Shown here in pieces: positions 62,619-64,000 of a DNA stretch of 64,000 nucleotides; position 1 is the stretch's first letter; each line of letters starts with the position of its first letter. The position numbers and the translations under genes are program-made. The notes beneath the pieces are model-generated. The model was not told where the DNA came from, did no database searches, and worked only from the letters and a program-made list of their open reading frames with translations. Source of the stretch: Propionibacteriaceae bacterium (GTDB lineage: Bacteria > Actinomycetota > Actinomycetes > Propionibacteriales > Propionibacteriaceae); contig JADKFR010000002.1 in assembly GCA_016717345.1 (NCBI GenBank), positions 246,040 through 310,039 on the forward strand, read 5' to 3'.

Positions 62619-63317
62619 ATGCACATCCTCGTTGTGGACGACGACCAGGCGGTCCGGGATTCGCTCGCCCGTTCGCTGCACTACTCCGGCTACGAGGTGA
62701 CCACGGCCAGCGATGGTGTCGAGGCGCTGGCCAAGCTGTCCGCGATCCGTCCGGACGCCGTGATCATGGACGTGATGATGCCCCGGCTGGACGGCCTGGA
62801 GACCACCCGCTCGCTGCGGGCCAGTGGGAACGACGTCCCGATCCTGGTTCTGACGGCGCGGGATGCGGTGGGCGATCGGGTGGATGGCCTGGACGCCGGG
62901 GCCGACGATTACATGGCCAAGCCGTTCTCGTTCGAGGAGTTGCTGGCGCGCCTGCGCGCCCTGACGCGGCGCTCCTCCTCCCGTCCGGGCGGCACCGAGG
63001 AGACAGCCGGCGAACTGCTCTCCTTCGGCGACCTCTCTCTCGACCTGCAGACCCGCGAGGTGCAACGCGCCGGACGCCGGATCAGCCTCACCCGCACCGA
63101 ATTCGCCCTCCTGCAGACGTTCCTGGAGAACCCGCGGCGGGTGCTGGAGCGCAGTTGGCTGCTCAATGAGGTCTGGGGGTTCGACTTCCCGACGACCGCC
63201 AACTCCCTGGAGGTCTACATCGGCTACCTGCGACGCAAGACCGAGGGCGAGGGCGAAACCCGACTGATCCACACCGTGCGCGGCATCGGCTACGTGCTGC
63301 GCGAGACCCCACCGTGA
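62619..63317 (+). CDS. mprA: OmpR-family response regulator, MprA-like
   Basis: 232 aa from the ATG at 62619. The sequence [18 protein letters not shown]...[70 protein letters not shown] is closely reminiscent of mycobacterial MprA. A winged-helix C-terminus is present. Confidence 0.85.
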   Translation: MHILVVDDDQAVRDSLARSLHYSGYEVTTASDGVEALAKLSAIRPDAVIMDVMMPRLDGLETTRSLRASGNDVPILVLTARDAVGDRVDGLDAGADDYMAKPFSFEELLARLRALTRRSSSRPGGTEETAGELLSFGDLSLDLQTREVQRAGRRISLTRTEFALLQTFLENPRRVLERSWLLNEVWGFDFPTTANSLEVYIGYLRRKTEGEGETRLIHTVRGIGYVLRETPP

Positions 63318-64000
63318 TCCGGTGGCTCAGCTCCATCCTGTCGGTCACGAACCGTCCCCTGCAGGACCGGTTGGCCTTTCTGGTGTCGGTCGCCGTCGCT
63401 GGGGCGGTGGCCATCACGGGAGTGGCGGCCTACATCATCACGACGCTGGCGGTGTACGACCAGCTTGATCGCGAACTCATCAACATCGCGTCGGTGACCA
63501 GCGACTGGATCAAGGGCGACATCGAGTCCCTGGGGGGGCTGAACAGCGATGCCCTGGCGACGGCCAACGTCACCGTGATGCTGATCCGTTCCGACAACCG
63601 CGTGATCATGCCGGACGGTGGCACCTCGATCCTGGAGTCGTCGGCGAAAGAGGTGGCGATCGCCCGCACCCAGACCGGGTCGTCCGCGCGGTCGGGGACG
63701 GACACGCTGGGTGAGCCGTACCGGATCGTGGCTGTCCCGTTCACCGACGGCGTCAGCCACTACGCGCTGGTGCTAGGCCGTCCGCTCCAGCCGACCAACG
63801 CCATCCTGCAGATCCTGGCGTTCTCCCTGCTCGGCTTCGGCGTGGCCGCCGTGGTGGTGGCCGGCCTGCTCGGCTGGGTGATCGCACGCTCGGGGCTGGA
63901 GCCGATCCAGCGCCTGACGGCGGCCCTCACGCGGGTCACCGACACCGACCAGCTGGCCCCGCTGGAATTGAGCGGCATGGACGAGCTCACCGACCTCACC
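63314..64000 (+). CDS. sensor histidine kinase, N-terminal part (MprB-like), truncated by the window end
   Basis: The frame is open from the GTG at 63314 (GTGA overlap with the regulator stop) to the window end. It shows TM1 ([23 protein letters not shown]), an external sensor region, TM2 ([24 protein letters not shown]) and the start of a HAMP domain ([12 protein letters not shown]). The kinase core is not in the window. Confidence 0.8.
   Translation, partial: MIRWLSSILSVTNRPLQDRLAFLVSVAVAGAVAITGVAAYIITTLAVYDQLDRELINIASVTSDWIKGDIESLGGLNSDALATANVTVMLIRSDNRVIMPDGGTSILESSAKEVAIARTQTGSSARSGTDTLGEPYRIVAVPFTDGVSHYALVLGRPLQPTNAILQILAFSLLGFGVAAVVVAGLLGWVIARSGLEPIQRLTAALTRVTDTDQLAPLELSGMDELTDLT

Noticed and set aside
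1-64000. tRNA, rRNA, tmRNA or known riboswitch genes in the intergenic gaps
   Set aside because: All gaps longer than 60 bp were read by eye. None shows cloverleaf-type arm complementarity or a riboswitch core I recognise. A tRNAscan-SE/Infernal run would be needed to exclude them formally.

Overview
High-GC (about 70%) actinobacterial chromosomal segment, judged from the mycothiol genes, an Lhr-Nei2 pair, an MprA-like regulator and an IdeR-type box. It is almost fully coding, with roughly 60 genes.

Most of the window is core housekeeping:
- lipid/glycosyl transferases and an ABC exporter
- an apparent dabb-fprA-mshB-like-mshA operon
- two MFS pumps, galM, and a MarR gene divergent from a stand-alone RND pump
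- a long same-strand DNA-repair run (lhr, nei, ada/alkA fusion, ogt, MBL hydrolase)
- efeUOB iron uptake
- a GltS-like FMN enzyme plus an APH-type kinase
- a RES/Xre toxin-antitoxin pair
- sdaA, an aldo-keto reductase, a GalT-like DUF4921 protein, serS, pheA, a GT-C mannosyltransferase-like protein, an Fpg homolog, aat and alr
- a rhodanese and a branched-chain 2-oxoacid dehydrogenase E1a/E1b/E2 operon
- two ECF-like sigma genes, an orphan ornithine carbamoyltransferase flanked by two holin-family membrane proteins, a LMW tyrosine phosphatase, and the start of an MprAB-like two-component system

The only clearly accessory patch is 3.3-6.5 kb. It holds a frameshifted IS256 transposase remnant, a DUF222/HNH endonuclease gene and a decayed rve-type transposase, all interleaved with short tandem-repeat arrays.

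I found no CRISPR array, tRNA or rRNA. I also found no clear-cut new multi-gene system.

The most unusual things I can actually see are:
1. an AcrB-type RND pump with a ~165-aa predicted coiled-coil hairpin inserted in its second external loop and no adaptor gene nearby
2. a REP/MITE-like nested inverted-repeat element (ACCTTGCGCC / GGCGCAAAGT) present at two loci, one with its left arm amplified
3. a 220-bp strongly strand-asymmetric C-rich tract with seven exact GACACCCG copies upstream of an MFS gene
4. several candidate operators and promoters (IdeR box, PafBC-type promoter, TA operator)
5. an orphan minus-strand terminator-like hairpin

All functional calls come from motif recognition by eye. 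No searches were run.
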